A stretch of DNA of 32,000 nt, taken from the NCBI RefSeq assembly GCF_000018465.1, contig NC_010085.1:1410001-1442000 (forward strand), in the 5' to 3' direction. The translations under genes were made by a program, and so were the position numbers. This document shows, piece after piece, positions 8,528-17,869 of the stretch. The DNA comes from Nitrosopumilus maritimus SCM1. Its GTDB lineage: Archaea > Thermoproteota > Nitrososphaeria > Nitrososphaerales > Nitrosopumilaceae. Each line of letters starts with the position of its first letter. Position 1 is the first letter of the stretch. A model generated the notes under the pieces. It was not told the DNA's origin, did not search any database, and was given only the letters and a program-made list of their open reading frames with translations.

Positions 8528-9741
8528 TAGTTCACTACCGCCGATACTTCTGAAATGTCTGCCTTTAGTACATTTGGTTTTTCTAACACTTCCATAATTG
8601 ATTCAGTTGCTTTGAGTCCGTTTCCAGTAACATAACATACAACTTTATCATTTTTGTCAATCTTTCCTTGTTCTACCATCTTCTGTAATACTGAAACAGA
8701 TACTCCACCTGCAGGTTCTGTAAATATTCCTTCAGTCTTTGCTAGTAAAAGTATTGCATCAAGAATTTCTTTGTTATTACATTCTTCAGCAAATCCATTG
8801 TATTGTTCTAATCTTTTTAGAACATATCGCCCATCACCAGGATCTCCTATTGCAAGACTTTTTGCAACAGTGTCAGGATTCTCAACTGGAATTACATCTT
8901 TAGAATTTTTCTTAAATGCATCAACAACAGGAGCACAACCATGAGGTTGTGCTGCAATCATATGCATGTTAGATACATCATCAAGTAATGAAACTTGTTG
9001 TAGTTCTTCAAATCCTTTACATATAGCATTTAACATTGCACCGCTTCCAACTGGAACTATAAGTTGATCAGGAACATTCCAATCTAATTGCTCTGCAACT
9101 TCATAAGCTAATGTCTTTGAACCTTCAACATAATGTGAACGCATGTTAATATTTACAATTCCAATTCCTCTAGAGTCACCAATTTGAGCTGCAATTCTAT
9201 TTGCGTCATCATATGTTCCATCAACTGCAACATAGTTTGCGCCATAAGATAATGCTTGAGCAATCTTTGCCATCTCAATATTACTTGGAGCAAATACATG
9301 ACATGGGAATCCACCTTTTGCAGCATGAGCTGCAGTTGCAGATGCTAAATTACCTGTTGATGCACAGCCAACTGCAGATAATCCAAATTCTTTTGCTTTT
9401 GAGATTGCAACTCCAGCAGGTCTGTCCTTAAATGAAAATGTAGGATTTACAGAGTCATTTTTGATATAGAGATTGTTAAGATCAAGTGCTTTGCCTAGAT
9501 TTTCAGCTTTTGTTAGAGGAGTTAGTCCTGCATCAATTGACACGATGTTAGATTTGTTTTCAATTGGCAGTAATTCAAAATATCTCCAGTATGTGTGTTC
9601 ACGATTAGAAAAAGTATCTTTTGTAACTGTTGGAAAATCATATTTCACATCTAGAGGTCCAAAACAATCATCACAGATGTATTTGAAAGCAGTTTCATAC
9701 TCCTTTTTACATTCCCTACATTGCAGCGAAGTTCTAGTCAA
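8527..9741 (-). CDS. thrC: Threonine synthase (PLP fold type II, N-terminal zinc-ribbon-like region)
   Basis: 404 aa starting at TTG; LQCRECKKEYETAFKYICDDCFGPL, PLP-lysine region NDSVNPTFSFKDRPAGVAISKA, GCASTGNLASATAAHAAKGG, C-terminal EPAGGVSVSVLQKM. Confidence 0.88.
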   Translation of the reverse strand: MTRTSLQCRECKKEYETAFKYICDDCFGPLDVKYDFPTVTKDTFSNREHTYWRYFELLPIENKSNIVSIDAGLTPLTKAENLGKALDLNNLYIKNDSVNPTFSFKDRPAGVAISKAKEFGLSAVGCASTGNLASATAAHAAKGGFPCHVFAPSNIEMAKIAQALSYGANYVAVDGTYDDANRIAAQIGDSRGIGIVNINMRSHYVEGSKTLAYEVAEQLDWNVPDQLIVPVGSGAMLNAICKGFEELQQVSLLDDVSNMHMIAAQPHGCAPVVDAFKKNSKDVIPVENPDTVAKSLAIGDPGDGRYVLKRLEQYNGFAEECNNKEILDAILLLAKTEGIFTEPAGGVSVSVLQKMVEQGKIDKNDKVVCYVTGNGLKATESIMEVLEKPNVLKADISEVSAVVN

Positions 9742-9946
9742 GATCAGTTTTTCCTCTTAAACTATAGATAAAAAATCCTAATATCAAGTTAAGTGATACT
9801 TAATTGAATACAACAAAAAATATAGTGAAAGATAGTAAAAATGTTAGAAAAATTATTTGCAATATCAAAGAAGCAATAAAAACTCGTTAAAAATCAAATT
9901 TTTCCAAAATTTTTTGATGAGGAAGGTTTTTAGTGATTTTTTTTCA

Positions 9947-10534
9947 ATGGAGCATGTGAGTAATAAAGTCATAATTCCAATAACAGGAGTAATTATTGCA
10001 ATTATTGCAATTGCTGTAGTTATGATAAATTTTGAACAACCAGAAACCATGGAAATTGAAGATACCATTGACAGAGAAATACAACCAGTTGAAGAGACCA
10101 CGCCAGAAATTCAAGAAAAATTAGATGAAATTAAAAAAATAAATCTTGAAAATACATATTCTCCTAAAGATAGAGAATGGATTACATCAGGACCGTTTCA
10201 AATTGATCGAAGTGAGTATCTTCTAGGTGAAAAAATATTTCTGAGAATTGGGGGATTGGATTATAAAGAAAAAGGACAAGTAGTATTCCTTAGGCCATTA
10301 AACATAACTCATTATGAAGTTTATTGGTCTATACCATTTGATGGTGCAGATAAACCAGCATTTAATTATTATTTACAACCACAACTCTCAAAAATAAAAG
10401 GATATTGCAGTGTAGATGACTTTGTTGGTGATTGGAGAGTCGTTTTTAGAGGAACGGATTATCAAAATTTAGAATTTAAAATAATAGAAGATATTCTTCC
10501 AGGAGATGAAAATAATTATCAACCTGTATGCTAA
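9947..10534 (+). CDS. Hypothetical protein with one N-terminal TM segment and extracytoplasmic domain
   Basis: Track ORF begins at 9857, but MEHVSNKVIIPITGVIIAIIAIAVVMINF at 9947 is the more natural start for a membrane-anchored protein; downstream PSYR-rich soluble domain of unknown family. Confidence 0.6.
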   Translation: MEHVSNKVIIPITGVIIAIIAIAVVMINFEQPETMEIEDTIDREIQPVEETTPEIQEKLDEIKKINLENTYSPKDREWITSGPFQIDRSEYLLGEKIFLRIGGLDYKEKGQVVFLRPLNITHYEVYWSIPFDGADKPAFNYYLQPQLSKIKGYCSVDDFVGDWRVVFRGTDYQNLEFKIIEDILPGDENNYQPVC

Positions 10535-10538
10535 GGAA

Positions 10539-10865
10539 TTATTTTAATTCATTATGAAAACAAACTCTTTCACCAGTATGACATGCAGGTCCTGATGGTT
10601 CTACCAAGTAAATTATTGCATCAGAATCACAATCAACAAGAATTTCTTTAATCTCTTGTGTGTTACCTGATTCTTCTCCTTTCATCCAAAGTTTATTTCT
10701 AGAACGACTGTAAAACCAAGATTTTCGTGTTTTCTTTGCAAGTTCTAATGATTCCCTATTAGAATAAGCAAGAGTAAGAACTTCTTTGGTATTTGCATCT
10801 TGTACGATTACAGGTACAAGGCCACCACTTTTTTCAAAATCGATATCATCAATTGTTTTATCCAT
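10539..10865 (-). CDS. hisI: Phosphoribosyl-AMP cyclohydrolase
   Basis: 108 aa; VPVIVQDANTKEVLTLAYSNRESLELAKKTRKSWFYSRSRNKLWMKGEESGNTQEIKEILVDCDSDAIIYLVEPSGPACHTGERVCF. Confidence 0.95.
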   Translation of the reverse strand: MDKTIDDIDFEKSGGLVPVIVQDANTKEVLTLAYSNRESLELAKKTRKSWFYSRSRNKLWMKGEESGNTQEIKEILVDCDSDAIIYLVEPSGPACHTGERVCFHNELK

Positions 10866-10887
10866 AATTATTCATTACAGAATTTCT

Positions 10888-11724
10888 TTATAATCGTACA
10901 GAGATGTTTTTGTCTCGAAGAATTTTTTTAACTTGATTGACAGACTGGTTTTCATAGTGAAAGATTGAGGCTGCTAAAGCTGCATCAACGTCAGATTTTA
11001 CAAAGATTTCAGACATATCTTCAGGTTTGCCACAACCACCTGAAGCAATAACAGGTACAGAAACAGTATCAACTATTTTTTTGGTAAGTAAAATATCATA
11101 TCCATCCTTAGTTCCATCTTTGTCAATACTAGTTAGAAGTACTTCACCAGCTCCAAGTTCGGTTGCTTTTTTTGCCCATTGAATTGCATCAAGTCCGGTT
11201 TCTTGTTTTCCACCATAAATGAAAACTTCAAACCAGAATTTTTTTCCATTTTCTTCAAACATTGTTTTAGTAGAATCTTCAGAATAGTTTCGTTTTGCAT
11301 CTATAGCTACCACAACACACTGTTTTCCAAATATAGTCATGAGTTCAGTTAGCAATTCAGGATTTTTTACAGCTCCAGTGTTTACTCCAACTTTGTCTGC
11401 ACCACTAAGTAAAATATTTCTTGCATCATCCATACTATTCACTCCACCACCAACAGTAAATGGAATATCAATTACTTTGGCAACATTAGATACTAATTCT
11501 TTGATTGTTTTTCTTTTTTCTTGCGATGCAGTAATATCTAAAAACACTAATTCATCTGCTCCATCTTTACTATATTTGGCAGCAAGCTCTACAGGATCGC
11601 CTGCGTCTTTAATTGATTCAAAGTTTAGTCCCTTTACAACTCGGCCATTATCTACATCCAAACATGGAATAATTCTTTTAGTTAACAAGTTGTTTTGCCT
11701 CCTCAATGGAAATTTTATTTTCAT
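10888..11724 (-). CDS. hisF: Imidazole glycerol phosphate synthase, cyclase subunit
   Basis: LTKRIIPCLDVDNGRVVKGLNFESIKDAGDPVELAAKYSKDGADELVFLDITAS; (beta/alpha)8 motifs. The start may be the in-frame TTG at 11688 instead of ATG 11724, which would reduce the overlap with hisA. Confidence 0.95.
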   Translation of the reverse strand: MKIKFPLRRQNNLLTKRIIPCLDVDNGRVVKGLNFESIKDAGDPVELAAKYSKDGADELVFLDITASQEKRKTIKELVSNVAKVIDIPFTVGGGVNSMDDARNILLSGADKVGVNTGAVKNPELLTELMTIFGKQCVVVAIDAKRNYSEDSTKTMFEENGKKFWFEVFIYGGKQETGLDAIQWAKKATELGAGEVLLTSIDKDGTKDGYDILLTKKIVDTVSVPVIASGGCGKPEDMSEIFVKSDVDAALAASIFHYENQSVNQVKKILRDKNISVRL

Positions 11725-12397
11725 ACAATGCTTTTCCTAGAATTACAGCAAATGCATTTTTTCTTTGTACATCAGACACATCATCAATATTTGAAATTCC
11801 ACCACTTGCAATAACATTTGCATTTTGTACAGCACATGCTTTTTCTAAATATTCCAAGTCTGGTCCTTCCAATGTTCCATCTTTACTTACATTTGTGAGT
11901 AAGAATTCAGTAAATCCCATACTCACAAATTCATTTATTGCATCTAGCAAAGGAGTCTTCGTACTCTCTTGCCAACCATGAGTAACAATGAATCCATCTA
12001 TATGATCAACTGAAATTACAATTTTTGAAAAATCATATTTTTTGGCAATTCGTTGTAACATTTCTTTATCTTTGAATGCCATAGTACCAATTACAACTCT
12101 ATTTGAAAAAGAAATTGCTCTATCAATAATTTCTTCATTACGTAAACCGCCAGCTACCTCAACAGGAATTGATAGTTCTTTAGAAATTTTTTCAATCAAA
12201 TCCAAATTACTGCCAGTCCCAATAGTAGCATCCAAATCAACAATATGCAACATATCCGCACCTGCTTTTTGCCATTTTTTGGCAACAGATACAGGATCAT
12301 CACTGTATACAGTTTTCTGTTTAGGATCTCCTTTGTATAGTCTGACTACTTGTCCGTCCATCAAGTCAATTGCAGGAATTATTTTCATTTTTTGCAC
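11678..12397 (-). CDS. hisA: ProFAR isomerase
   Basis: MKIIPAIDLMDGQVVRLYKGDPKQKTVYSDDPVSVAKKWQKAGADMLHIVDLDAT. Confidence 0.95.
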   Translation of the reverse strand: MQKMKIIPAIDLMDGQVVRLYKGDPKQKTVYSDDPVSVAKKWQKAGADMLHIVDLDATIGTGSNLDLIEKISKELSIPVEVAGGLRNEEIIDRAISFSNRVVIGTMAFKDKEMLQRIAKKYDFSKIVISVDHIDGFIVTHGWQESTKTPLLDAINEFVSMGFTEFLLTNVSKDGTLEGPDLEYLEKACAVQNANVIASGGISNIDDVSDVQRKNAFAVILGKALYENKISIEEAKQLVN

Positions 12398-12987
12398 TCT
12401 CGCAAAAAATTCTTTAGCATTAATGCACCTACATCACCAGATTTTTCTGGATGAAATTGAGTTCCAAAATAGTTATCCTTTTGAACTATAGCAGGAACTT
12501 TAACGTCATAATCAGATTCTGCAACTATCACATCCTGAGTTGTAGGATTTGCCCTATACGAATGCACAAAGTATACCCAAGAGCCATTTTCTACTCCTTC
12601 AAGAATTTTATTTTCTTTTTTTATCTCAAGTGCATTCCATCCCATGTGTGGAACCTTTAGGGTGTCAGGTAAAACGATAACATCACCGTTGATTATTCCA
12701 AGGCCTTCTTCTTTTCCTTCTTGACTTTTATCAAAAAACATCTCCATACCTAAACATATTCCAAATACAGGAGTATCACCTACAATATCAAGAAAATCTA
12801 CAGAATCACGATTGATACTTTGTATGGCAGGATCAAAATTTCCAACTCCGGGTAAGAAGATTCCATCATATCCTTTTAGCATGTCAACTTTAGTTTGAAC
12901 TTCTACTGTTGCATTTTGTTTTTCTAGTGCATTTTTGAGACTGAAAATATTTCCAGCTCCATAATCAAATATTGCAATCTTTGTCAT
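12385..12987 (-). CDS. hisH: Imidazole glycerol phosphate synthase, glutamine amidotransferase subunit
   Basis: [23 protein letters not shown]; VFGICLGMEMFF nucleophile elbow; GTQFHPEKSG. Start corrected from 13041 to the ATG at 12987, which overlaps the hisB stop (TAATG). Confidence 0.95.
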   Translation of the reverse strand: MTKIAIFDYGAGNIFSLKNALEKQNATVEVQTKVDMLKGYDGIFLPGVGNFDPAIQSINRDSVDFLDIVGDTPVFGICLGMEMFFDKSQEGKEEGLGIINGDVIVLPDTLKVPHMGWNALEIKKENKILEGVENGSWVYFVHSYRANPTTQDVIVAESDYDVKVPAIVQKDNYFGTQFHPEKSGDVGALMLKNFLRECKK

Positions 12988-13574
12988 TACATTGCGCCTT
13001 TTGTACTTGGAATTCCTTTTTGTTTTGAATCTTTTGAGCACGCGATTCTAAATGCTACTGCAAGAGATTTCATTGCAGCCTCTACTTTGTGGTGATCATT
13101 ATCGCCATACTTTACAGTAAGGTGAATACAGCTGTTTAGATTCTGTAACAAAGATTGGAAAAAGTGTTCAAGATCTTCTTTGGATACATCCTCAATCTTT
13201 GTTCTCTTTATAGACAAAGTCAACTTGTAAAATGGTCTTTTGACTAAATCCACGGAAGCTTCAGCTAGAGACTCATCCATTGGGACAGATGCATAGCTAA
13301 ATCTAGTAACACCAGATCTATTTCCTAATGCGTCATCTATTGCATTTCCAATTGTAATTGCGGTGTCTTCAATCAAGTGGTGTACAATATTGTCTTTTGA
13401 TTTTGCTTTTACCGTTAAGTCTAACATTGCGTGTTTTCCAAATGCAGCAATCAAGTGATCAACAAAGTTTACACCGGTAGACACACTAGTCTTTCCAGTA
13501 CCATCAATGTTGACATTTACTGAAACATCAGTTTCTTTTGTTTCACGTTTGATTTTACTAGAGCGCTTTTTCAT
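12987..13574 (-). CDS. hisB: Imidazoleglycerol-phosphate dehydratase
   Basis: [49 protein letters not shown]; [16 protein letters not shown]. Confidence 0.95.
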   Translation of the reverse strand: MKKRSSKIKRETKETDVSVNVNIDGTGKTSVSTGVNFVDHLIAAFGKHAMLDLTVKAKSKDNIVHHLIEDTAITIGNAIDDALGNRSGVTRFSYASVPMDESLAEASVDLVKRPFYKLTLSIKRTKIEDVSKEDLEHFFQSLLQNLNSCIHLTVKYGDNDHHKVEAAMKSLAVAFRIACSKDSKQKGIPSTKGAM

Positions 13575-13602
13575 TTTATCACCAGAGAATACTGTTACTT
13601 TA

Positions 13603-14523
13603 TCAAACTAAATTTAATACCTTCGGAATATCATTTATCGATTCTAATATCATCTCTACGCCTGAATCGGCAAATAGTTTACGCCTATCTTCAGGATTTG
13701 TACTTGTTCCCACAATTGCACAAAAGGTTGTAGAATGTCCTGCTTGTGCTGCATCTTTTGCCATCATGTAATCTTCCATAGAATCACCTACATACAGACA
13801 GTTTTTTGATTCCATAGATTGTATAGCACGGATTAAAGTTGCAGGATTTGGTTTTGCTAGTTCTCGTGGTTCATCTTCTAAAAAGGCAGAGTTTTTTGTA
13901 TCAAAGTAATCCATCATATCTTTTAGAGAATAACGAATAGATTCAATTCCTCTGCCTGTAACAACTGCAATTTTTTTTCCAAATTCTTTTTGTAAAGTTT
14001 CTAATAGAGACACAGATAGTATTACTTTGTCATTTGAAATCATTCCTTCTTCAGAAAATTTTGATTGTTTGTCAAACAATTTTCCATAAAGTTCAGGTCC
14101 AAAGAAAAATTGATCAAAAATAGAATAAACAGGATTGTTGTGTCTGTCACCTAATGAACCAAGTTTGGATAAAAATTCTGAAACATCATAGATAGATTCA
14201 AGATATGATTGGACAGAACGTATTCCAGTTTTGTCAGTATTTGAAATTACATCATAGATAAACTCTGAGGGTTTTTTGTTTAGTTTGTTAGCTGTATACA
14301 ATGATAATATTGCAGCGTATACCAAATCAACCTCATCATTGAATCCTCCAGATGATTTGAATCCATCAATTATCTTGTGATCAATAGTTATAGAATCAAT
14401 TTTTGCAAATTCTTTTAGAACATATCTACATGTTTTATCAATTGTTTTATCATAAGATTGTGTAATATCAACTAGAACACCATCACAATCAAAGATTATT
14501 GAATCAAATTTTTGACTATCCAA
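13603..14523 (-). CDS. HAD-superfamily phosphatase; candidate histidinol-phosphate phosphatase by operon position
   Basis: HAD motifs: [11 protein letters not shown] (I), AVVTGR (II), KPNPATL (III), [14 protein letters not shown] (IV); lies between hisC and hisB. Confidence 0.8.
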   Translation of the reverse strand: MDSQKFDSIIFDCDGVLVDITQSYDKTIDKTCRYVLKEFAKIDSITIDHKIIDGFKSSGGFNDEVDLVYAAILSLYTANKLNKKPSEFIYDVISNTDKTGIRSVQSYLESIYDVSEFLSKLGSLGDRHNNPVYSIFDQFFFGPELYGKLFDKQSKFSEEGMISNDKVILSVSLLETLQKEFGKKIAVVTGRGIESIRYSLKDMMDYFDTKNSAFLEDEPRELAKPNPATLIRAIQSMESKNCLYVGDSMEDYMMAKDAAQAGHSTTFCAIVGTSTNPEDRRKLFADSGVEMILESINDIPKVLNLV

Positions 14524-14526
14524 TTT

Positions 14527-15597
14527 TTATCCTAAAAGATCACGTATTGCTAAAAGGAATTTTGAATTCATTTCCTTGGTTCCAACAGTAACTCTCAAGC
14601 ATCCTGAATGTGAACCAATCTTACCTAGTTTGCGTATAGAAATCCCTTGTTCTACTAGTGCAGAGAATACGCGTTTGTCTGCGCCTTTAGCATCAAATAG
14701 TACAAAATTAGCATTGGAATCAAAAACAGTAAAGGCATCATACTTGCGCAAATTCTCAATAATTTTTTTACGCTCAGATTTGATGATTTCAGATGCCTCT
14801 TTCATTTGATCAACTTTGTCCAAAGAGGCAATTCCAGCCTCGATTGCCAATGTATTGAGAGGATACGGATATTGTAATACTTGGTTAAAGACTTCAACTA
14901 TTTTCTTGTTTGCAACAAAGTATCCTATACGTAAACCTGCAAGTCCAAATGCTTTGGAAAATGTTTTGACAACAATTAGGTTATCATATTTTTTTGTCAA
15001 TGAAACAATTGATGAGTCACCAAATTCACCATATGCCTCATCAATGATTACCAATCCATCAAATTTTTTGATTAAAGATTCTAGTTGAGCTTTTGAGAAT
15101 TGAAATCCAGTAGGATTGTTTGGAGAATCCAAATAAAGAATGTGACATTTTTTCAAGTTTGAATTGAATTTTTCAATATCAAGTTTCATGTCAGATGAAA
15201 ATGGAATTTTAGTACAAGGAATAGCATATAGTTTGCATCGTTCTTCAAAGAACCCAAATGTTGGATCAGATGTTAAAATCCTAGTTTTCTTTGAGGCCAT
15301 ATTTGCTAAAAACAGATCCAAGATTTGGTCTGAACCATTTCCAACACCAATCATATTTTCAGAAACTTTGAGATATTTTGCTAGTTTTGATACTAATTTT
15401 TCAACTCCTCCTAATGGATATTCTCTTACATCAGAATTTGATTTTGCATAAGCAATAACATCTTGTTGGAATTTTTTGCTTATTACAAAATTCTCATTTG
15501 AATCCAGTTTTAAAACATCATCAAATTTTTCAGGTTTTTTGTAACCACCTAGTTTTGCAAAGTCTTCTAATTTTTTTTCATACCACGAATTTTTCAT
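14527..15597 (-). CDS. hisC: Histidinol-phosphate aminotransferase
   Basis: LDSNENFVISKKF, VGNGSDQILDLFLA, LDSPNNPTGFQFS, VVKTFSKAFGLAGLRIGY; ATGA overlap with the upstream hisD stop. Confidence 0.94.
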   Translation of the reverse strand: MKNSWYEKKLEDFAKLGGYKKPEKFDDVLKLDSNENFVISKKFQQDVIAYAKSNSDVREYPLGGVEKLVSKLAKYLKVSENMIGVGNGSDQILDLFLANMASKKTRILTSDPTFGFFEERCKLYAIPCTKIPFSSDMKLDIEKFNSNLKKCHILYLDSPNNPTGFQFSKAQLESLIKKFDGLVIIDEAYGEFGDSSIVSLTKKYDNLIVVKTFSKAFGLAGLRIGYFVANKKIVEVFNQVLQYPYPLNTLAIEAGIASLDKVDQMKEASEIIKSERKKIIENLRKYDAFTVFDSNANFVLFDAKGADKRVFSALVEQGISIRKLGKIGSHSGCLRVTVGTKEMNSKFLLAIRDLLG

Positions 15598-16856
15598 TTC
15601 AATCTACCTCTTACTGCTTCATAGTGATTTGGCAATCCTTCTGCTAAAGTTAGATTCTTCATAGATTTTGATATTTTCTGCAAATCTTTTTTGGTTGTTT
15701 CTATCTTTGTTAAGAGCTTGACAAAGTCTAGCACAGACAAAGAACCTCTCGTTTTACCAAATCCATTTGTGGGCAGAATGTGGTTTGAGCCTAACAAATA
15801 GTCACTAGCAGAAGAAGGACTGTTTTTTCCATATAATATCAAGCCAGGATTCTTGATTTTATTCCATTTTTTAGGATTTTTGCTGATAATTTCCAAGTGT
15901 TCAGGTGCCAGATCATTTGCAATATCGATAATATCAGAGGGTTTGCAAACACCAATGAACCCATTTGATTCAAGACTAGATTTGACAATTTTTACACGTT
16001 GAATATCTTTAAGTTTAGAGTTTACACTGGATTGAATTTTTTTTGCGATTGAATTTGACGTAGTTAATGCATAACAAAATGTATCTGAAGAGTGTTCTGC
16101 TTGGGAAATAAGGTCTAATGCTGCGACATCAACGTCTGCTGCAGAATCAATTACAATTCCCAATTCAGTAGGTCCTGCCATCATATCAATAGACACAATG
16201 TTGCTAACAAGATATTTTGCCAAAGTAACAAAAGCACCACCTGGTCCAACTATCTTGTTTACTTTTTTGATAGAACGAGTACCATATGTTAATGCAGCAA
16301 TTGATTGCACACCGCCTGTTTTGTAGATTTCAGTTGCACCACAAAGATCAGCTGCCACAATTGTTAAAGGATCAATATTTCCTGAAGAGTTAGGTGGAGA
16401 TACAACAACAATTCTTTTTACACCTGCAATCTTTGCAGGTACTACGGACATTATAGCTGAACTAGGATATCTTGCTGCACCACCTGGTACATAACATCCT
16501 ACACTATCAATTGGGACAAATGATTTTGAGAGTTTTGTTCCATTTGATTTGATAGTAATGTCTTTGAATTGACGTCGTACTGCAGATTCTGCTTTTGATA
16601 ATCTTGATTTTGCAAGTTTGATTGCAGAGATGTCTTCTTTTGAAACTTTAAAGTATGCACTAGCAATGTCACGTTGAGAAACTCTTAGTGATGAAACTTT
16701 TGCGCTAAACTTTTTTTCATATTTTTTGACAGCAACATCACCATTCTTCTTTACATCTTTGAGAATAGATTTTACAATTTTTTGGTTCTTAGAAGAGTCT
16801 TTTGTGCCTATTTTCTTTAGGAATTGTTCTGTATTATTTATCGAAATGATTTTCAT
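15594..16856 (-). CDS. hisD: Histidinol dehydrogenase
   Basis: FVPIDSVGCYVPGGAARYPSSAIMSVVPAKIAGV, GPTELGIVIDSAADVDVAALDLISQAEHSSDTF, SDYLLGSNHILPT. Start moved from TTG 16859 to the adjacent ATG 16856, overlapping the hisG stop TGATG. Confidence 0.95.
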   Translation of the reverse strand: MKIISINNTEQFLKKIGTKDSSKNQKIVKSILKDVKKNGDVAVKKYEKKFSAKVSSLRVSQRDIASAYFKVSKEDISAIKLAKSRLSKAESAVRRQFKDITIKSNGTKLSKSFVPIDSVGCYVPGGAARYPSSAIMSVVPAKIAGVKRIVVVSPPNSSGNIDPLTIVAADLCGATEIYKTGGVQSIAALTYGTRSIKKVNKIVGPGGAFVTLAKYLVSNIVSIDMMAGPTELGIVIDSAADVDVAALDLISQAEHSSDTFCYALTTSNSIAKKIQSSVNSKLKDIQRVKIVKSSLESNGFIGVCKPSDIIDIANDLAPEHLEIISKNPKKWNKIKNPGLILYGKNSPSSASDYLLGSNHILPTNGFGKTRGSLSVLDFVKLLTKIETTKKDLQKISKSMKNLTLAEGLPNHYEAVRGRLK

Positions 16857-17833
16857 CAATTTTCTTCGTCACGTTTGATCTCCTCAAGTTCCAGTATTTG
16901 TCGTGGTTCATGCACTACTAATCCTTGTGCAATCTTTCGCAGTTTTGGAATTATTTTGTGGAAATCTGATTTTTTGATAATAGTATTAACTCCGTGCCAA
17001 CCAGCTTCACTTAGTGGACTAATTGTAGGTTTTTTCAAAGATGGTATCTGTTTTAGTAGTTTTGGTAAATTTTTCTCTTCTACATTTAGGTAAATGTGTA
17101 GGTATTTTTTGCCATGTACTGCTCCTCGCATCAATGTAACAATATCAAAAATCTTTTCTCGTTTTGCTTTGTCTTTGAGTGATTTTTTGTTTACTATCAA
17201 GTGTGCAGTCGAAGTAAGAACTTCATCTACAATCTTTAGTTTATTTTGTTTGAGAGTAGTTCCAGTTTCAGTTACATCCATTATTGCATCTACATCCTCT
17301 GGAGGTTTTGCTTCTGTAGCACCAAAGGATAGATGAATCTGAACTGATTTGTTAGTTCCAATACGTAACCAAGGAGTAACAATTTGTGGATCTTTATTTC
17401 CAAAATATTTTTTGTAAGATTTACAGCTCTTGATAAAACGAGATGCAGTTGTAAGATATTCTGAAGATAGTCTCAAAGTCTTTTTCTTTTTAGCATAATC
17501 CGCAATCATCGCATCAAGATTCTTGTATCGATAATTATCTGGAAATGCAATAACAAGTCTAATTTTTCCATATTCCAAGTCCAAAATTGGTTCTACATCA
17601 GATTTGGTTTCACCTACCCAATCCTTGCCAGTAATTCCAACATCATACAATCCTTCATTCACTAGAGTTGGAATTTCTTGAGGTCTTAGCATTTTTACAA
17701 TAATTTTTGGATCATCAAGATATACACGATAGGTTCTGCTCTTACGATTTACCTTAGTCCAAGATCTCTCTAAGAGCTTGAATGTAGCATCCTCTAGGCT
17801 TCCCTTTGGAATTGCAAATCTGATTTCGGACAT
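16856..17833 (-). CDS. hisG: ATP phosphoribosyltransferase, long form with C-terminal regulatory domain
   Basis: MSEIRFAIPKGSLEDATFKLLERS; YDVGITGKDWV; ADAIMDVTETGTTLKQNKLKIVDEVLTSTAHLI; C-terminal region with GWHGVNTII-like ACT-type fold. Start taken at ATG 17833 rather than the track start 17848. Confidence 0.93.
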   Translation of the reverse strand: MSEIRFAIPKGSLEDATFKLLERSWTKVNRKSRTYRVYLDDPKIIVKMLRPQEIPTLVNEGLYDVGITGKDWVGETKSDVEPILDLEYGKIRLVIAFPDNYRYKNLDAMIADYAKKKKTLRLSSEYLTTASRFIKSCKSYKKYFGNKDPQIVTPWLRIGTNKSVQIHLSFGATEAKPPEDVDAIMDVTETGTTLKQNKLKIVDEVLTSTAHLIVNKKSLKDKAKREKIFDIVTLMRGAVHGKKYLHIYLNVEEKNLPKLLKQIPSLKKPTISPLSEAGWHGVNTIIKKSDFHKIIPKLRKIAQGLVVHEPRQILELEEIKRDEEN

Positions 17834-17869
17834 GGTATCTCCTTTCAATCTGTCTATATAATAACGTCA

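Noticed and set aside
8654-9760. Plus-strand ORFs within thrC (8654..8944, 9201..9431, 9473..9760)
   Set aside because: Fully or almost fully antisense to a confidently assigned gene, with no recognisable domains.
9857-9946. N-terminal extension of the 225-aa ORF and the antisense ORF 9865..10101
   Set aside because: The extension MQYQRSNKNSLKIKFFQNFLMRK... is atypical before a TM segment; ATG 9947 fits better. The antisense ORF is a mirror of the TM region and A/T-rich spacer.
11339-12660. Plus-strand ORFs opposite hisF/hisA/hisH (11339..11740, 11706..11981, 12042..12491, 12451..12660)
   Set aside because: Antisense to strongly identified his genes, with hydrophobic low-complexity translations.
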